Assembly: GCF_964194025.1 (NCBI RefSeq)
Contig: NC_134470.1
Location: forward strand, 36,580,001 to 36,644,000
Direction of reading: 5' to 3'
Length of the DNA stretch: 64,000 nt
From: Convolutriloba macropyga
Lineage: Eukaryota
The notes below the pieces were generated by a model that saw only the letters and a list, made by a program, of their open reading frames with translations, was not told the DNA's origin and searched no databases. A program made the translations under genes and the position numbers. The number at the start of each line of letters is the position of its first letter. Position 1 is the first letter of the stretch. Shown here piece by piece: positions 61,359-64,000 of this stretch.

Positions 61359-64000
61359 AAGTAAGGAGAAACACGAAAAGATGGTGCATTTGTTTGGAAT
61401 TGCTTTGAATGTGAAAACTCAGCAACTAACCAAACTAGAATACGAAAACTATTTGAAAGATATGTAGATGACATAATTTGCGCAGTAATAGATGATCCCA
61501 ATAATTTTCTTCGAATAGGAAACAATTTGCAAAGTTCGCCATTGAATAAAATGTACCGAAAACATGAACCAACCTTCCTGGATATGCGTTGACGGATAGA
61601 GAACAGTCTATTGTAAATGGTACCAGAAGCAAACAGACACTGGAACAATTCTAAACTTCTCTAGCTGCGCTCACCTCCAGCGTAAAAAAATATTGTAGAG
61701 GGTACTACCCATAGGATCTTTCGATCTACACTGGCATAACTTTGACGAAGTTCTAAGAAACAATGAGAATATATGGCAAAAACTTCAATAATCGGAAAGT
61801 TGGTAGTCACCTTGTTAATCAGGCGACTCTAAAAACAAAAAAAAACAACAACGGAATGCAAGTCAAACAATAGGCTAAAGCAGAAGGACATACCCACACT
61901 TTTCCTACAGTATAGATTCCAATTAGGCTTTCGATTTAATGAAAGGCTGCAAAAGATATTGAATCTTACAGTCTTACAGTGATCTATGCAATACGGAAAC
62001 TAAAAAACTTAATACCATCATTATACCAGCATCTAAAAATGCACGTTGTTTACAAAATAACATGTAGTGGATGCAATTCGACCTATGTTGGGCAAACATG
62101 CAGACATATAAGCATGCGACAAAAAGATAAAAGATTCACCGATAGGTGAGCATGTAAGCAAATTTTGTGACAAACCACGTGCGTTTGATTGGCGTATAAT
62201 AGATCAGTGCAATATGACACAAGAACTCGTGACTCTCGAAGCGTTACGAATAGCACAATTGAAGACACTGCTGAACACGCGCGATGAATAAGTAGGATTT
62301 GACACTGAAAAACTAGTCGACCGTTTTCATGTTGCTCTATTCAAAAAATACATTTTAGTTAAAAAAATTGAAATGATCCAAAACGTTATCTAAATGCTAG
62401 AAAGCCACTAAGAACAGCAAAATCTAATTGAAACGATATTGGAAAAAAATTAAAAGCGAATTTTACAACGAAATTTTAGAAGTTTTGGTTTATACCGTTA
62501 AAAAATTTGTCGAGAGCCTCTAATTTCAATGTTTTTTTTATTATTTGAATGTTATTATTGTTTTTTTATGTTAATTGTAAATAGAAAAACTTTACCTTGG
62601 ATTTCACATGATGATGTTGGAAATAGCGAATACATTGGTAATGTAAATAGAATAATTTTAAGTTGCAATTTACATTAAATTTTAATATTGGCTAAGCTTT
62701 TTAAAAACTAAAATCAACAGAAAGAGATTTAATTTCTCTTTTTATAAGAATCATATTACAAATTTTTAGTTTCACAACAATAAAATTGGAGAGGACAACA
62801 GAACGGGGTCAAGTGAACCACAAAAAATTTGCCCATAACTTAATTGACTGAAGAAGCATATCTATAAAAAAAAATTATTTCCAATTTTAAATGCAAAGTA
62901 CTCTAAGAACTTTGTATCTCAGATCATTTTAAGCAATCTAAATACTAGCTCTAATAATTCATATTACTGTTGCCCTAAACAGTTTTCAGATCCATATTGT
63001 TTAATAAGTAGTTATCTCTGAAAAAATGCTAAAAATTACTTTGCAATAGTATCGTGAATGTTTGCTGGCAATATTACACTAAATCTGACAGTATTGTATA
63101 GTTGCGTTCTCCTGCTTGTGCACTGTGACATTGATTGACACTGTAATTATTTTCGAAATTTGTTTCTTCAATTAGGTGAAAAAACCACCTTCGATGGCAG
63201 ATTTCTGATATGGATAACTGGCTAAGAAAAGTTTCGATATGAAAATAGTTAAAACCTCTCATCATTAATTTTCAAGCTCATATATTCGAAATTTGAAAAT
63301 ATTAGTTGAACAAAACAAAACAAAAAAACTACTAAGCTTGAACAAAACAAAAAACTACTAAATAAATTAAAAAAGCAACCTAACAGGAACCAGAATAAAC
63401 AACGAAAGTTGACTAATTTTGCCACATTCACTAATTCAGCCTTCTGCCACAAGACTGCTTGAAGTCATTAGAATAAGTTTTAAACTAAAATTTTGATAAT
63501 AAAAAAAATTGTTCAATACTAAAAAACTTCCCCGAGCGTTACAAAAAAATTACACTGAAAAACAAAAAAACCATTAGGTAAGCGTATAACACGGTAAAAT
63601 TGCAAACTAGCTTTGACCTAAACCTGACCCTTTGTGCTGAAGTAGAAGTAATTGCAGATTCCAGTTATCACTTATACCCACGGGTGATGTGCAGCCTCGC
63701 TGCTTAACCCACAAGCATTATGTTTTTAGAAAGGATTTCAATTTTCTTATCTACATGCAATACGCCTTGTGTTTTTGTCATTGAGTTTGAAGGAAGTTAA
63801 AAATTAGTGCTAGTAAGCCATTCATTTTGCACTTTATTCGCCCGCAGCTTTCACATTTTTAATTAAGATGTTATGAAGTGTTTTTGAACATTAGAAAAAG
63901 TTTTCATCTGATTTCTTCAACCTGTATTTTGCTGGCAATATTACACTAAATTCGAGAGTGTTGGTTAATTGCGTTTTTCAGTATGTGTACTGCGACATTG

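Larger units (their letters stand above)
58040..62720 (+). mobile_element. Older, decayed Penelope-like element split by the younger PLE; direct-repeat pseudo-LTRs at ~58040-58240 and ~62530-62720
   Basis: 58390-58488 encodes CPICH..MVWNSKTVECEICENWYQIKCQNISK. 61359-62316 continues SKEKHEKM..VWNCFECEN..KLFERYVDDIICAV..YQKQTDTGTILNFSSCA..HVVYKITCSGCNSTYVGQTCRH..LEAL..LNTRDE (RT + GIY-YIG) with many stops. Confidence 0.85.

Noticed and set aside
61346-61648. Minus ORF appearing to extend the young PLE 5' end
   Set aside because: It lies almost entirely beyond the TSD and is the antisense of the older plus-strand PLE RT.

Overview
AT-rich, repeat-dominated animal (invertebrate-type) genomic DNA with spliceosomal introns. 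It is not prokaryotic and contains no CRISPR array. Host genes: (1) a minus-strand gene for a divergent tandem calponin-homology (CH1-CH2, filamin/alpha-actinin/spectrin-type actin-binding domain) protein. I assembled it from three phase-0 exons (21574-21503, 4145-3981, 421-<1) separated by 17.4 kb and 3.6 kb introns. (2) An intact two-exon group I nucleoside diphosphate kinase (46164-45930, 45526-45306; 151 aa), with two partial copies of its 3' end 2.4-2.9 kb downstream. (3) An orphan, exon-like plus-strand ORF present twice inside a near-perfect 2.27 kb tandem duplication. Roughly the first 45 kb is packed with at least four unrelated non-autonomous element families. They share one terminal layout (hairpin + subterminal inverted repeat at one end, terminal inverted-repeat hairpin at the other), which matches Helentron/Helitron2-type HINEs, and they carry internal tandem arrays. 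The last 12 kb is a retroelement cluster. It holds a decayed CR1/L2-like LINE with an upstream SGNH-like ORF, a PHD ORF1 and an in-frame UGA-CUA ORF1/ORF2 junction. It also holds a young Penelope-like element (PLE) whose reverse transcriptase has a complete PHD finger inserted between RT motifs B' and C (YVDD). That PLE carries a 3' hammerhead-ribozyme motif and sits antisense, with a 6-bp TSD, inside the PHD finger of an older PLE of the same architecture. All calls come from reading and hand-translating the sequence; no database search was run.
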